Positions 50,140-60,620 of a stretch of 64,000 nt of DNA are shown here, one piece after another. The DNA comes from Candidatus Hydrogenedentota bacterium. GTDB lineage: Bacteria > Hydrogenedentota > Hydrogenedentia > Hydrogenedentales > SLHB01. The stretch spans positions 1-64,000 of the forward strand of contig BTVY01000037.1 of NCBI GenBank assembly GCA_045863335.1. Direction: 5' to 3'. Under the pieces are notes generated by a model. The model saw nothing but the letters and a program-made list of their open reading frames with translations. It did not search any database and was not told the origin of the DNA. Made by a program: the position numbers and the translations under genes. Each line of letters starts with the position of its first letter. Position 1 is the stretch's first letter.

Positions 50140-51438
50140 TCAGAAAATGTAGCGGATTGCGACGTACACGCTTGCAATGAGCAGCGTGACGAAGGTGTAC
50201 GGCACCCCGTACCGCATAAACCGGGCAAATGATATCTCCAGTCCGTTCCGCCGTGCAATGTCGATGACGACGATATTGGCCGCGCCGCCGAGGATGGTCC
50301 CATTACTTCCGAGGCAGACCCCAAGGGCCAGCGACCACCATAAGGCGTACGACACCGTTTGAATGCTCGCATCTGCGCCGGCGGCGACTCCGGGGATCAT
50401 GCTTTGTACCATGGGTATCAGGGTCGCGGTTATGGGCACCGCGCCAACAAACATGGCGGCAAATGCCGAAAGCCAAAGCAGCACCATGGAGGTGATAAAG
50501 AGGTCGCCGCCCGTCATGCGCAACGCAAGATCGGCCAGTTGTTGTATCACACCAGCCTCGACGAGTCCGGCGACGAGCATAAACAGCCCAACGAAGAAGA
50601 ATAAGGTGGACCACTCAACCACCTTGAAAGCTTCATCCGGTTCCGTTCGGGCGAGGACCATGATGAGCGCCGCGCCGCTCAGTGCGATCGAGGCAGGCGG
50701 GACATGGAAGACGCCGTGCAGCAGGAACCCGCACAACACCGCCAGAAGGACCGACCCGCTCTTGATCAGAAGCGGCATGCTGCGGATAGCGCGTCGCGGG
50801 TGCATCTCGCGTACCCGCACGCGCACATCCATGGGCACAAACCGGTCGTGACGCACAAGCACGATTGCGACCACGATCAGGACGAGATGACACACCGCCA
50901 CTATCGGCGCAAGGTGCATCAAGAACTCGTTGAATGACAAGCCCGCCTTGGAACCGATGAGGATATTGGGCGGATCACCAATGAGCGTGGCGGTACCGCC
51001 TTCATTGCACGCGAGGATCTGCACGATGAGATACGGCCCCGGCTTAAGTTCTAGCTGCTGGCATACCAGGAACGTCACCGGCGCGACGAGGAGCACCGTC
51101 GTCACGTTGTCCACCAGCGCCGAGAGCACCGCCGTGAGGGTCGACATAAGAATGATCAGCGGGATGGGCCGGCCCTGCGATACTTGGACCATGTGGATCG
51201 CCACGAACTCGAAGAAGCCGCTTTCGGCAAGATAGTGCGTCAGAATCATCATTCCGGTGAGCAGCAGGATGACGCTGAGGTCGATGGACGCAAAGGCAGT
51301 TTCCTCGCTGACCACCCCCAGGATCACCATGGCCACGCCACCGGCGAGGGCGGCCACGGTTTTGTGGACCTTTTCGGTCAGGATCGCCACGTATGCGGCG
51401 CCGAAGATCACGCAGGCTATGATGGCCGTGGTCGTCAT
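50140..51438 (-). CDS. ArsB/NhaD (ion transporter superfamily, P-protein-like) permease
   Basis: About 11-12 TM helices. SALVDNVTTVL, GGTATLIGDPPNILI, LGSNGTILGGAANIVV. Confidence 0.9.
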   Translation of the reverse strand: MTTTAIIACVIFGAAYVAILTEKVHKTVAALAGGVAMVILGVVSEETAFASIDLSVILLLTGMMILTHYLAESGFFEFVAIHMVQVSQGRPIPLIILMSTLTAVLSALVDNVTTVLLVAPVTFLVCQQLELKPGPYLIVQILACNEGGTATLIGDPPNILIGSKAGLSFNEFLMHLAPIVAVCHLVLIVVAIVLVRHDRFVPMDVRVRVREMHPRRAIRSMPLLIKSGSVLLAVLCGFLLHGVFHVPPASIALSGAALIMVLARTEPDEAFKVVEWSTLFFFVGLFMLVAGLVEAGVIQQLADLALRMTGGDLFITSMVLLWLSAFAAMFVGAVPITATLIPMVQSMIPGVAAGADASIQTVSYALWWSLALGVCLGSNGTILGGAANIVVIDIARRNGLEISFARFMRYGVPYTFVTLLIASVYVAIRYIF

Positions 51439-51439
51439 G

Positions 51440-52345
51440 TCAGGGCCGCAGGATGCGCTCGCAGATGTCGTCTCGATCGACGACGCCTACACACCGTTCA
51501 TCGTCCACCACGAACGCGAACCGTTCGCCTTGTTTGTGCATGCGGAAGACAACCTGAATGAGCGGATCACCAGCCTGCACGATGAGCGGCCGCCGATTCA
51601 TGATGGCCGCAACCCGAGTGGTAGCCTCCCGCTGGAAGAATTCGAGAAACGATTCCGAGTCGTTCAGAAACGAGATGTCCCGGAGGCCCGACATGTATTC
51701 AGGAAAACCGGCGTCCACAATCTCGCGGGACGTAACCGAGCCAACGAGTCTTCCTCGTTCGTCGCATACCGGCGCGTAATGCACGCCCGCCGCGGAGCAC
51801 CGATCGAGGAGTTCGCCAAGCAGCATTCCTTCAGACGCGACCATCTTCGCAGGTCGCATGATATCGTGGGCGTACAAACCCGTCTTGATCGCGATCCCGC
51901 TTTTATCGATGGCGTGCCAGACTTCGTCGCGACTGCGCGCCTCTCGTATTCGGGCCAGCAAGGCTTCGTCGTGGGATAGGACGCCGACTGCGGCCAGGGT
52001 CTGCAGCATGAGCGTGTTCTTCTGATCGTTGCAGACGGTAAGAAACAGAAGGTCAACAGGCTGTCCGGCAGCATCGCAATCGTCCAACGGCGTCGCCGTG
52101 CGCCCGAGCACGACGTAGAAATCGCGCAGTTCGGAAATCCGCGCGTGCGGCACAGCGATGCCCTTCGATGTTACGGTCGGCGCCATGTCCTCCCGCTTGA
52201 GCAGGGCGTCCAGTATCGGTGGAACCGGCAACCGAAGGTGGTGGCTTGCGACGCGCTCGAGGAGTTCCGGGAGCGCGTCTCGCAACGTCCGCGCGCTCAA
52301 ATCGAGAACGATGTGATTGGGTACAAGTACGCTGGACAGCTTCAT
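51440..52345 (-). CDS. PTS EIIA(Fru/Ntr)-like domain fused to a CBS pair
   Basis: KRE...GIAVPHAR with the phospho-His retained. CBS motifs (AHDIM, APVCDERGRLVG, VVDDERCVGVV). Confidence 0.85.
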   Translation of the reverse strand: MKLSSVLVPNHIVLDLSARTLRDALPELLERVASHHLRLPVPPILDALLKREDMAPTVTSKGIAVPHARISELRDFYVVLGRTATPLDDCDAAGQPVDLLFLTVCNDQKNTLMLQTLAAVGVLSHDEALLARIREARSRDEVWHAIDKSGIAIKTGLYAHDIMRPAKMVASEGMLLGELLDRCSAAGVHYAPVCDERGRLVGSVTSREIVDAGFPEYMSGLRDISFLNDSESFLEFFQREATTRVAAIMNRRPLIVQAGDPLIQVVFRMHKQGERFAFVVDDERCVGVVDRDDICERILRP

Positions 52346-52408
52346 AACACCCCCGCGGGGCCGCCACCCATCGCCCCGGCCGCACCCGGCGCGCAGCCCC
52401 TGATACTA

Positions 52409-52867
52409 TTATACCGCAGGCGTATTCAGAAGGCTCACGACTTCGTCCGGCGTGGCGCACGCGCCGAGCTTTTCCCGAAAACCCGGCGCCTTCATGGTCG
52501 TCATCACCTGAGCCAGGAGTCCGAGATACTCCTTTTGGGATCCCGAGGGCATCGCGAACAGCACGATAATGTGCACCGGCTTGTTGTCGAGCGTGTTGAA
52601 ATCGATCCCGTCACGCGATATCCCCACCCCCACGGACGCAGAATTGATCGCGTCGATGCGAACGTGCGGGATCGCCACCCCGGATCCGATCCCCGTGCTC
52701 ATGACCGACTCGCGTTCGCGCACCGCCCGCCGGAATGCTTCAGCGTCGTCCACTGTACCGGTCACGGCAATGGCGTCCACAAGACGATCCAAGGCCTCGT
52801 GCTTCGATACGGGTCGCTCGAAAATGCAAACGGATCGCGCATCTATCGTAAGTCCAAATAGACTCAT
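52409..52867 (-). CDS. PTS EIIA(Fru/Ntr)-family protein
   Basis: ERESVMSTGIGSGVAIPHVR and GIDFNTLDNKPVHII. Confidence 0.92.
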   Translation of the reverse strand: MSLFGLTIDARSVCIFERPVSKHEALDRLVDAIAVTGTVDDAEAFRRAVRERESVMSTGIGSGVAIPHVRIDAINSASVGVGISRDGIDFNTLDNKPVHIIVLFAMPSGSQKEYLGLLAQVMTTMKAPGFREKLGACATPDEVVSLLNTPAV

Positions 52868-53435
52868 GTCCACCTCAGTTTCTTGACATCCCTATGGGCT
52901 CCGCTGCGCCCACCGGTCTGGCAAGATTATCCCACATAGGCGAGAAAACGATTCGGACCGCATACGCTATCACGCGTGGAACGATGCAAACGCGCTTCCC
53001 ATCCGCCGGCTGCGCGTTCGTACTTGGCGCGCCGCCTACCCCTGATGCCACTATACCCAAAGTTCAACCGTTGCCGAAAAAACCCAATCCTCGGGAAGTT
53101 GCCGGCCCGGCGTGATTCCTCCAAGTGTACTCCGCTTCCTCGCCGTAATCAATGAAACGATCCGTCGACACCGCAAACAGTGCGTAACTTCTGTCCTCTG
53201 TCGGACTTGCCCGTTCCATGCGAATCTCGCGCGCCGACGTTAACGAATTTGCTTGCAAATCGGTGTCAAATCCCGCAGTATCAAGCTTGGATTTCTCACC
53301 AGTTGGCCCGCATGTTTTCTCGGGAGCATTTCGCAGCGTCTCCCGGGACATCGAGATTTCGACGAGACCCATTCGGGCGGTGAGCAATGCGGACGAGACG
53401 CTACCGCGAGAACGCAAGGATTAGGGGATTCGCTT

Positions 53436-55643
53436 ATGAGCATCGAGCAACACGCCGAACGACGCAACTGGGCTTTTGAAGCCTTGGACTCACTTCAACA
53501 CTTCACGGACGATCCCGACTTCGAGGGAATGGTCGACCACGAGCTTGCCGGAATCGAGGGGAAACGCACCGAACTGCGCGACGGTAAATACCGCGTCGTG
53601 TTCTTGGGCGCGTTTAACGTGGGCAAGTCCACCATGATCAACGCGTTGCTTGGCGATGAGTACCTGCCCACGGTACTCGAAGAATGCACGACCAAGATTA
53701 CGCACGTCATGCGCGGCGAACGCATGCGCGCCGCGCTCCGCCTTCACACGCCATGCAGCGACGAGGAAGTGGCGGGCCTGCGCGATCTGCTCGCAGCCTT
53801 CGGCATCGGCGCGGAAGTTGCCTGTAGCGACGGGCATGACGAGTTGGCGCTCGAGTACGAAGAGTGTAACCCCCGCGCCCTGCTGAACACGCTCCGCGCC
53901 CTTGTCACCATGAACGCAACCGACGACTTCCCCCAGCTCGATTCGTTACGGCACAAGTTCGACGAATTGATCGTGCAGTTGCCCAACGACAACATCGCGG
54001 AAGATATCGCCCTCGTCGATTCGCCGGGCGCCCATACCATTTCCGATACCAGCACGCGGATCACCCAGGACATCATTCCCAATTGCCATCTCGTGATCTG
54101 CCTCCTCGACAGCCAGAACGCGGGGAACGAGCAAAACCGCGAGTTCATCGAAGGGGTCGTGAAGCACAAGCACCGCAAAGTGTTTTTCGTGCTGAACAAG
54201 TCCGATCAACTCAGCCCGCACGAAATCGATCCCATGGGACGGCGCGGTCCGGCGAAGGATTTGATCCGAAGCCTTCAGGGCATCGTGCAGAATCCCGAGA
54301 TTTTCTTTATCTCCAGCCTCTACGCGCTGGTCGCCACGCACCTCGAGGCGGAACACGTCGGACTCGAGGAAGTGGACAAGAACGCGAAGATTCGGATTCC
54401 CTACCAGGTGCGGCGCGCCATCGATGACTCCGAGAATCCGTCGCAGGACGCCGCGCAGTACTTGATGGAGCGGAGCAATTTCAATGCGTTGCAGGACCGC
54501 CTGCTCGACTATCTGTACACGGAGAACCGGGAAGGCGCGATCGTGGAATCGATCTGCAGCTTTATCGACGCCACGGCCTACCGCTACGCGCGGCCGCTGG
54601 AAACAAAGCTGGAACTGACCCGCAACGTTCCGCGGCTTGACGACCTGCGCCGTCATCGCGAGCAGTTGTCGCTCACCTTGCAGCGCTACAAGGCGCAGGG
54701 ACAGCGCGTGCTCGACGAGTTCGATACCATGTCGAACGGCGGCAACCTCGGCGGCACGGACTTCCCCGGGTACAAGACGATCGTCGAGAACCACATGACC
54801 AAGGACGCCATCGAAGGCGCCATCTTGAAGCCCTTGCGCGATTGGTTGAACGCCGGCGAGAACATGAAGAACGCCAAGAAGGAAGACTTCCAACCGCTCA
54901 CGAAGGAGCTGGAATCAAGAATCGACGCCTACATCACTTCGCTGCAGCAAAAGGTGAACGCGGAAGTGGAGGAGGTCGAAGGACGCGCGCGCGCGCGGGC
55001 GGCGCAGATCGTACCGGACGCGGCGAATGTCACCGGTCGCGGCTCCATCGATGCGACACGCGCCAGCATCGTCGCGGTTGATGCCGGCATGGGAAGCTCC
55101 TACGCGCTGTTCGGCTTCATCGGACTCGTGCTCGGCGCAGGCGCGGGCGCGGGGCTCGGCTACGCCGCGCTGCAGAGTCCGCCTATCGTCGACATGGTGA
55201 CGACCTCCCTTCCCGAAGTGCCGGTCACGTTGCAAACGTTCCTAGCGGCGGGTGTCGTCGCGGGCGCGGTACTCGGGTTGATTCTTGGTCTCATTGCCCG
55301 CACCTTCGGCAGCAACGAAGCGCGCAAGGCAAAATTGAACCAGCGTATCGGCGAACGCGTCGAAGCGGTATTGCAGAAAGCCACGAAAGAACAATTGACC
55401 CAGGCGCTGGACAATCGCCGCGGTACCTTCCGCCTCGCGCTTCAAGGCGCCTTCGACAAGGCAACCGCGGGTCTTAACGAGCAAATCAGCAAGATCCTCG
55501 CGGAAGAGGAAGCGATCAAGAAAGAACAGGAAGCGATCATCGCGCGGCTGGAGCCGAAGATTAATTCGCTTCATGAACTCGGTGACAAGGCACGGGAGAT
55601 TGTCTCGGTTGGGCTTTCCAAAAAAGACGCCGAGGTCGCATAG
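53436..55643 (+). CDS. Bacterial dynamin-like GTPase
   Basis: G1 GAFNVGKST, G2 ECTT, G3 DSPG, G4 NKSD. Helical stalk and a two-helix hydrophobic Gly-rich membrane hairpin near the C-terminus. Confidence 0.88.
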   Translation: MSIEQHAERRNWAFEALDSLQHFTDDPDFEGMVDHELAGIEGKRTELRDGKYRVVFLGAFNVGKSTMINALLGDEYLPTVLEECTTKITHVMRGERMRAALRLHTPCSDEEVAGLRDLLAAFGIGAEVACSDGHDELALEYEECNPRALLNTLRALVTMNATDDFPQLDSLRHKFDELIVQLPNDNIAEDIALVDSPGAHTISDTSTRITQDIIPNCHLVICLLDSQNAGNEQNREFIEGVVKHKHRKVFFVLNKSDQLSPHEIDPMGRRGPAKDLIRSLQGIVQNPEIFFISSLYALVATHLEAEHVGLEEVDKNAKIRIPYQVRRAIDDSENPSQDAAQYLMERSNFNALQDRLLDYLYTENREGAIVESICSFIDATAYRYARPLETKLELTRNVPRLDDLRRHREQLSLTLQRYKAQGQRVLDEFDTMSNGGNLGGTDFPGYKTIVENHMTKDAIEGAILKPLRDWLNAGENMKNAKKEDFQPLTKELESRIDAYITSLQQKVNAEVEEVEGRARARAAQIVPDAANVTGRGSIDATRASIVAVDAGMGSSYALFGFIGLVLGAGAGAGLGYAALQSPPIVDMVTTSLPEVPVTLQTFLAAGVVAGAVLGLILGLIARTFGSNEARKAKLNQRIGERVEAVLQKATKEQLTQALDNRRGTFRLALQGAFDKATAGLNEQISKILAEEEAIKKEQEAIIARLEPKINSLHELGDKAREIVSVGLSKKDAEVA

Positions 55644-55688
55644 CGATTGCACAACGATTGACTTGCGAAAGCAGGTGAATGAATACTA

Positions 55689-55721
55689 GATGCCGAGGGT
55701 GCGCAAATCACCCTCGGCATC
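55689..55721. terminator. Stem-loop downstream of the dynamin gene
   Basis: Perfect 13-bp stem GATGCCGAGGGTG/CACCCTCGGCATC with a 7-nt loop. No strong U-tract. Confidence 0.45.
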
Positions 55722-55987
55722 GCATGTATTGGTGCAACGACCCCCAAGTCACGATACGAATCAACTCTGGGAGACTCGAGTGTTAAGTGTCCTTGCCTTG
55801 TATCTCGCCAAAGCGCAGCCGCGGGCTCGTCGTACTTGCGGTCTTGGTTATTGAAATCTGAGATTTCAAATTTGATATTTTTGTGCTTCTGAACTCGGAA
55901 TTACACGCCGCCGCATTGACCGTGGATTGCACACAACAGCGGCGTTCTTTCCCATAATTCAGCCCATGAATCGGAGTAATTCTAACT

Positions 55988-56971
55988 GTGCCAAAACGAA
56001 TTCAAGTCATCGGTGCCGGAAGCTGGGGATTGGCGTTGACGCGTCTGCTCGCGCTGAACGGACACCAGGTGCGCCTCTGGTGCCGTGAGGAAGACAAACC
56101 GGACGAGTTACGCTCCACGCGCAAGAGTCCGTTCTTCCTCCGCGATATGCGCTTACCCGACGAGGTGGAAGTCTCCATGGAGATCGATAGCGGCGCGGAG
56201 ATCGCTGTCCTCGCCGTCCCTTCCCACGCCATGCGCCCGGTGCTGCGCGAGTTCTCCTTATCCAAAGACACCATTCGAGTCAGCGTCGCGAAAGGAATCG
56301 AGAACGAAACGCTGCGGTGCATGCACGAAGTGATCGCGGAAGAATCCGGACCCGGCCCCGTCCTCGCCCTGTCCGGGCCGAGCCACGCGGAAGAAGTCTC
56401 GCGCGACCTGCCCGCGTCCGTCGTCGTCGCAGGTATGGACGCAGCGGCATGTGAAGCCGCGCAGGCCGCGTTCATCTCCGACATGTTCCGAGTCTACACA
56501 AGTAACGATATCGTCGGCGTGGAACTCGGCGGCGCGCTCAAAAACGTTATCGCCATCGCCGCGGGCGCCTGCGACGGCTTCGGACTCGGCGACAATGCGA
56601 AAGCTGCCCTCATCACCCGCGGTCTCGCCGAAATGGCCCGTCTCGGCGTCGCCATGGGCGCCGATCCCCTCACCTTCGCCGGCCTCAGCGGCATGGGCGA
56701 CCTCATCGTCACCTGCGAAAGCCAACACTCCCGCAACCGCAACGTCGGCGAAAAGATCGCCCAAGGCATGACCCTCAACGACATCCTCGCCTCCTCCCCC
56801 ATGGTCGCCGAAGGCGTCCGCACCGCCAAATCCGCCGTCGCCCTCGCGCAAAAACACGGCGTCGAACTTCCCATCACCCGTGAGGTCTACCGCGTCCTCT
56901 ACGAAAACGCCAACCCCCGCGAAGTCGTCGCCAACCTCATGCAACGCGAGGCCAAACCCGAACGGGTGTGA
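55988..56971 (+). CDS. gpsA: NAD(P)H-dependent glycerol-3-phosphate dehydrogenase
   Basis: IGAGSWG, AKGIE, LSGPSHAEEV, GGALKNVIAIAAG, GMGDLIVTC, SRN, VAEGV. Confidence 0.97.
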   Translation: MPKRIQVIGAGSWGLALTRLLALNGHQVRLWCREEDKPDELRSTRKSPFFLRDMRLPDEVEVSMEIDSGAEIAVLAVPSHAMRPVLREFSLSKDTIRVSVAKGIENETLRCMHEVIAEESGPGPVLALSGPSHAEEVSRDLPASVVVAGMDAAACEAAQAAFISDMFRVYTSNDIVGVELGGALKNVIAIAAGACDGFGLGDNAKAALITRGLAEMARLGVAMGADPLTFAGLSGMGDLIVTCESQHSRNRNVGEKIAQGMTLNDILASSPMVAEGVRTAKSAVALAQKHGVELPITREVYRVLYENANPREVVANLMQREAKPERV

Positions 56972-57017
56972 CGTCGCACGCCAGAAATGTCGGGAGGTGC
57001 GGATCCGACTCCCGGCC

Positions 57018-60000
57018 TCAGGTGTCGCGTTTCTTCGGACGTGGTTTGGCAGGCTTCTTCTTCGCCACGGTTTTCGATTTAGGTTTGGATTGGGCCTTGG
57101 CCTTTGCCTTTGCCGCGGTACGGGCCTTTGGTTCCGGAATCCGTGAGGTCGCCGGCTGTCCTTCACTTTCGAGGAGCGCGTCGACACGGTAACCTGCATT
57201 CTCCGCGTCGTGTTGCAGCGTGAGCGCGCGCTGAAGTCCCGATTGCACGGCCGCCGCGCGATCGGCAGGACCCTGCCGCGTGTCGCCCAACTGCGCGATG
57301 GCCCGAATCAAAGTCAGTCGACCGACCAACGTCTCGAACTGCTCCCGATTGAAGTATTCAACGCCCTCGTACTCGTTCACCTGGAGAAACTCGCGCACGA
57401 CTCCCGATGCGAAGAGCTTGCGCAGCGACAGGTCTTGGGTGCCGGCGGTGTGGCCCAGTTGCATCGCGAGAGCGATATTCAACAGCCGCAAATCCTGCCA
57501 CGCGGCCCAGCCGTCGCCATCCATTTCATGAAAGACCGCTTCCAGTTCGAGATTGAACAACCAACGGTCGAGCCAGTCGGGATATCCTTCGGAATCCATG
57601 ACCTCCCCGACAGGCGCCAGGAGCGCGTAGGCCATCGGAAGCCGCCAGAACCGCGCCGCCTCCTCCTCGTTCACTCCGATCCGGCCCAGCAGGTAGGTGT
57701 CTGCTTCCGGAGAAACGGGCGCGTCGTTCAACCGGCTTTCGAATAACTGCACGTTATGGACCGCGCCGCGTATGGCATCTTCGATCGCGGTGCGATCGAA
57801 GGCTACGCCGGCGCGATTGCCGAGGTCGTCCAAGAACCGGACTAACTCCTCATGCCAATCCGCGCGCACGCGTTTGGCGCCGGTTTCGAGCGCGGCATCC
57901 AACTGCAGCGCTTCCACACTTGCGAACCGGCGGAACGCGTCCAGCAAGGTCGCCAGTTCCAACCGCCGTTGTTCGATGAAGATGTTCGGTACACCGCCGC
58001 CGTCCATCCGTCGCGCGACTTCCGCCCAGGTGCCGTCCTCATCGACGACCTCCTGGAAATCGAGAAACACGTGGTATTGATAGGCGTGCAACCGGACGTA
58101 GATGCCATCGTCGCAAAGTTGGCGACCCGAACGGATGTACTGAAGGTTGTCCCGGTGGTCCCGGAAGACATAGAAAACGTTGTCGTCGCCGCGCAGCGCC
58201 AGTGAATCCGCGAGGGACTTCCGGACCTGCGTGCCTTCGTCGCCACGTCCGGTGTTCAGCGGGGTGGATTCGCGAATCCAACCTTCGGTCGTGTTGTAGG
58301 CATTGTTGTAGAGCACAATGCCGCGCTCGCCGCCGGAACGGTTCGAGTAGGCGAACACATTTTCATCCACGTGACCATGGGGCGTATGGAAATCGTAGAA
58401 GGCAAAGTTCTCCACGCCACTGAAGAGATAGCGGCGGCGCATGAGGGGAAAGATCTCCCGCTCGTGGCGGCGCACCATGTCCGTGTCTACATGTTCGTCC
58501 CAATACGCGCGGCGGTATTCCATGCCGTACTTTTCGGTAAAGCCTTCGATTTGGCCGTGACCGAACATGGGCAGGCCCGGCATGGTCACCATCAGCAGCG
58601 CGACGCCGTAGTACTTGTCGCCCTTGCCGAACTGCTCCACGGCGGTTCGTTCGTCCGGGTTGTTCATGAAGTTCACGAACCGCTTCAAGATTTCGGGGCT
58701 GAATTCGAGGACGTTCCGGACGGTCGACCGGTAGTCCGCGTTGTCCTCCATCTTGAGCATATTCATGAAGGCACTGTTGTAGACGCGGTGCATGCCGAGC
58801 GTGCGGACGAAATACCCCTCCATCAACCAGAATGCCTCCGCCAGCAGCAGCGTGTCAGGCACTTCCTGCGCCACTCGATCCACCACTTCCCGCCAGAATT
58901 CCTCGGGCACCAGCCGATCGAAATCCTCCCGCGACATACCGTGCTCCGCGCGTGACGGGATGGCGCCCGCGTCTCCGGGTTTGGGAAACCAGAGGCGCTG
59001 GAAGTGTTTCTTGGCGAGCGTCATGGCCGCGTCGAAACGGATGATCGAGAACTTGCGGGCCACGTGAAGAATCGTCTGAATGACCGCTTCCCGCACCTCC
59101 GGCATGAGATAGTTCAACTGGGCCGTATCGTTCCACGGCATGCTGGTGCCGTCGTTGCCGTGATAAATGTACTTCGTGTCGCCGGACCAGTGGTCGACGC
59201 GCTTGAACACCACCGCGGCGTCGCTGTGGTTCCAGTAGCCGTCCTCGATGTAGATGCCGACCCGGTCGTCGTAGGATAAGTTCTTCCCCGAGTAGTTGTA
59301 CGCGGGGTATGGAGGATAGTCCAGAGAGAGAAACCAGTTCGGGTGTTCGATCACCCACCGCGAATAGATGCCCATGTGATTCGGCACCATGTCGCTGGCT
59401 AGACGGATTCCCCGTTGCCGCGCGCGGTCGCGCAGGTTCTGGTACGCCTCTTCCCCGCCCAGGTCCGCGGCGATGTCGTAGTCGTAAAGGGAATAGGCGG
59501 ACGATACCGCCTCCGGATTCCCCATGATCCGCTTGATGTCGGCCGAGGCCTGCGACCGTTCCCATAATCCGATTAGCCAGAGGCCGTTGAAACCCCAACG
59601 CGCGAGCCGGTCCAATTCCTCGTCGGGGATGTGGTCGAGGCGGTAGATGTCGCGCTGATACTTTTTCGACAACTGGTCCAGCCAGACGTAGACCGTTTTC
59701 GCGATGAGCACAACATTGGACATCCAGTCCGCGTCCTGCGAAAACCGCTCCGGTTCAGGGTAGGCATCATGAAGTCCGGCGTACCGCTCGAACCGAAGGA
59801 CCTCGGACGTGCCCTGGACGAAACCCCGCTGCATCGTCTCTTCGCGCACGATGCCTTGGACCAACAGCAGCCGGTTAAGAAGCGACTTCGGGAGCAAATG
59901 CGCCCATCGTGTCCGTACAAAATTCAGTTGGTCATCCAACGAATCGGGCGCTTCGCGTAGCGGAGCCCGCAGGCATTCGAGCAAGGTGTCATCCAACCCG

Positions 60001-60620
60001 TCAACGGCCGGTTGCGACGCGAAATACGCATCCAACCCTTCCATCAGTTGCTTGTGCGGAACCTCGCGCGAAAACTCGGTATCGCGGAACAGCGGGCGAA
60101 ACGGCCGAAGCGCGCGGTTGCTTCCCGAAAGCCAAAGCAGGATTTCCTCCCGGATCGCGGCGGAGCGTCTGTCGCGACCTTTCTTTTCCGATGCGAGATA
60201 CTCGGACTCGGTGGTTTCCGTGACAGCCACGGCGGTAGGCGGGAAATGGTGGACAAAAGTCAACGGCGGCGCCTCGACAACGCGATCACCTTTTGACGCG
60301 CGGACCGCGGCCAACCCGTCCGGGAGAATGCCCGGAATCTGCTCCCACCAGTACCGGTCGATGATGTAGCGGAAGATCTCGTTGAGCAGACCCAAGGTCA
60401 GGATCTGACCGGCGGTGATGGAGCGCGTGTCCGGGGAGGCGTCATCGCGTTCCAGATTGACGCGGTGAACAAACTTCCGGATGGCGCGCAGGTCTTCGGT
60501 GTTGGTGTGACCGGGTGGGACGATGTCATGCACCGCGTACCGGTCCCAGGTTTCGCGCGATAGGTGGAACCCGAAGGGGAAATAGTCGCTCGGTTCGTAG
60601 TCGGCATTCAGAATAGGCAT
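57018..60620 (-). CDS. Large GH13 alpha-amylase family protein
   Basis: LASDMVPNH, IRFDAAM (nucleophile Asp), LAEAFW (acid/base Glu), NNPDE, TMPGLPMFGHGQ. Start MPILNAD at 60620. Confidence 0.9.
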   Translation of the reverse strand: MPILNADYEPSDYFPFGFHLSRETWDRYAVHDIVPPGHTNTEDLRAIRKFVHRVNLERDDASPDTRSITAGQILTLGLLNEIFRYIIDRYWWEQIPGILPDGLAAVRASKGDRVVEAPPLTFVHHFPPTAVAVTETTESEYLASEKKGRDRRSAAIREEILLWLSGSNRALRPFRPLFRDTEFSREVPHKQLMEGLDAYFASQPAVDGLDDTLLECLRAPLREAPDSLDDQLNFVRTRWAHLLPKSLLNRLLLVQGIVREETMQRGFVQGTSEVLRFERYAGLHDAYPEPERFSQDADWMSNVVLIAKTVYVWLDQLSKKYQRDIYRLDHIPDEELDRLARWGFNGLWLIGLWERSQASADIKRIMGNPEAVSSAYSLYDYDIAADLGGEEAYQNLRDRARQRGIRLASDMVPNHMGIYSRWVIEHPNWFLSLDYPPYPAYNYSGKNLSYDDRVGIYIEDGYWNHSDAAVVFKRVDHWSGDTKYIYHGNDGTSMPWNDTAQLNYLMPEVREAVIQTILHVARKFSIIRFDAAMTLAKKHFQRLWFPKPGDAGAIPSRAEHGMSREDFDRLVPEEFWREVVDRVAQEVPDTLLLAEAFWLMEGYFVRTLGMHRVYNSAFMNMLKMEDNADYRSTVRNVLEFSPEILKRFVNFMNNPDERTAVEQFGKGDKYYGVALLMVTMPGLPMFGHGQIEGFTEKYGMEYRRAYWDEHVDTDMVRRHEREIFPLMRRRYLFSGVENFAFYDFHTPHGHVDENVFAYSNRSGGERGIVLYNNAYNTTEGWIRESTPLNTGRGDEGTQVRKSLADSLALRGDDNVFYVFRDHRDNLQYIRSGRQLCDDGIYVRLHAYQYHVFLDFQEVVDEDGTWAEVARRMDGGGVPNIFIEQRRLELATLLDAFRRFASVEALQLDAALETGAKRVRADWHEELVRFLDDLGNRAGVAFDRTAIEDAIRGAVHNVQLFESRLNDAPVSPEADTYLLGRIGVNEEEAARFWRLPMAYALLAPVGEVMDSEGYPDWLDRWLFNLELEAVFHEMDGDGWAAWQDLRLLNIALAMQLGHTAGTQDLSLRKLFASGVVREFLQVNEYEGVEYFNREQFETLVGRLTLIRAIAQLGDTRQGPADRAAAVQSGLQRALTLQHDAENAGYRVDALLESEGQPATSRIPEPKARTAAKAKAKAQSKPKSKTVAKKKPAKPRPKKRDT

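Noticed and set aside
55645-55960. tRNA, tmRNA, 6S RNA or riboswitch in the dynamin-gpsA spacer
   Set aside because: Hairpins are present, but I recognised no cloverleaf, T-loop or riboswitch consensus.
56520-56960. Strongly C-rich stretch in gpsA (also 4200-4620) as foreign DNA
   Set aside because: Explained by C-ending codon preference within intact conserved genes. No boundaries or repeats.
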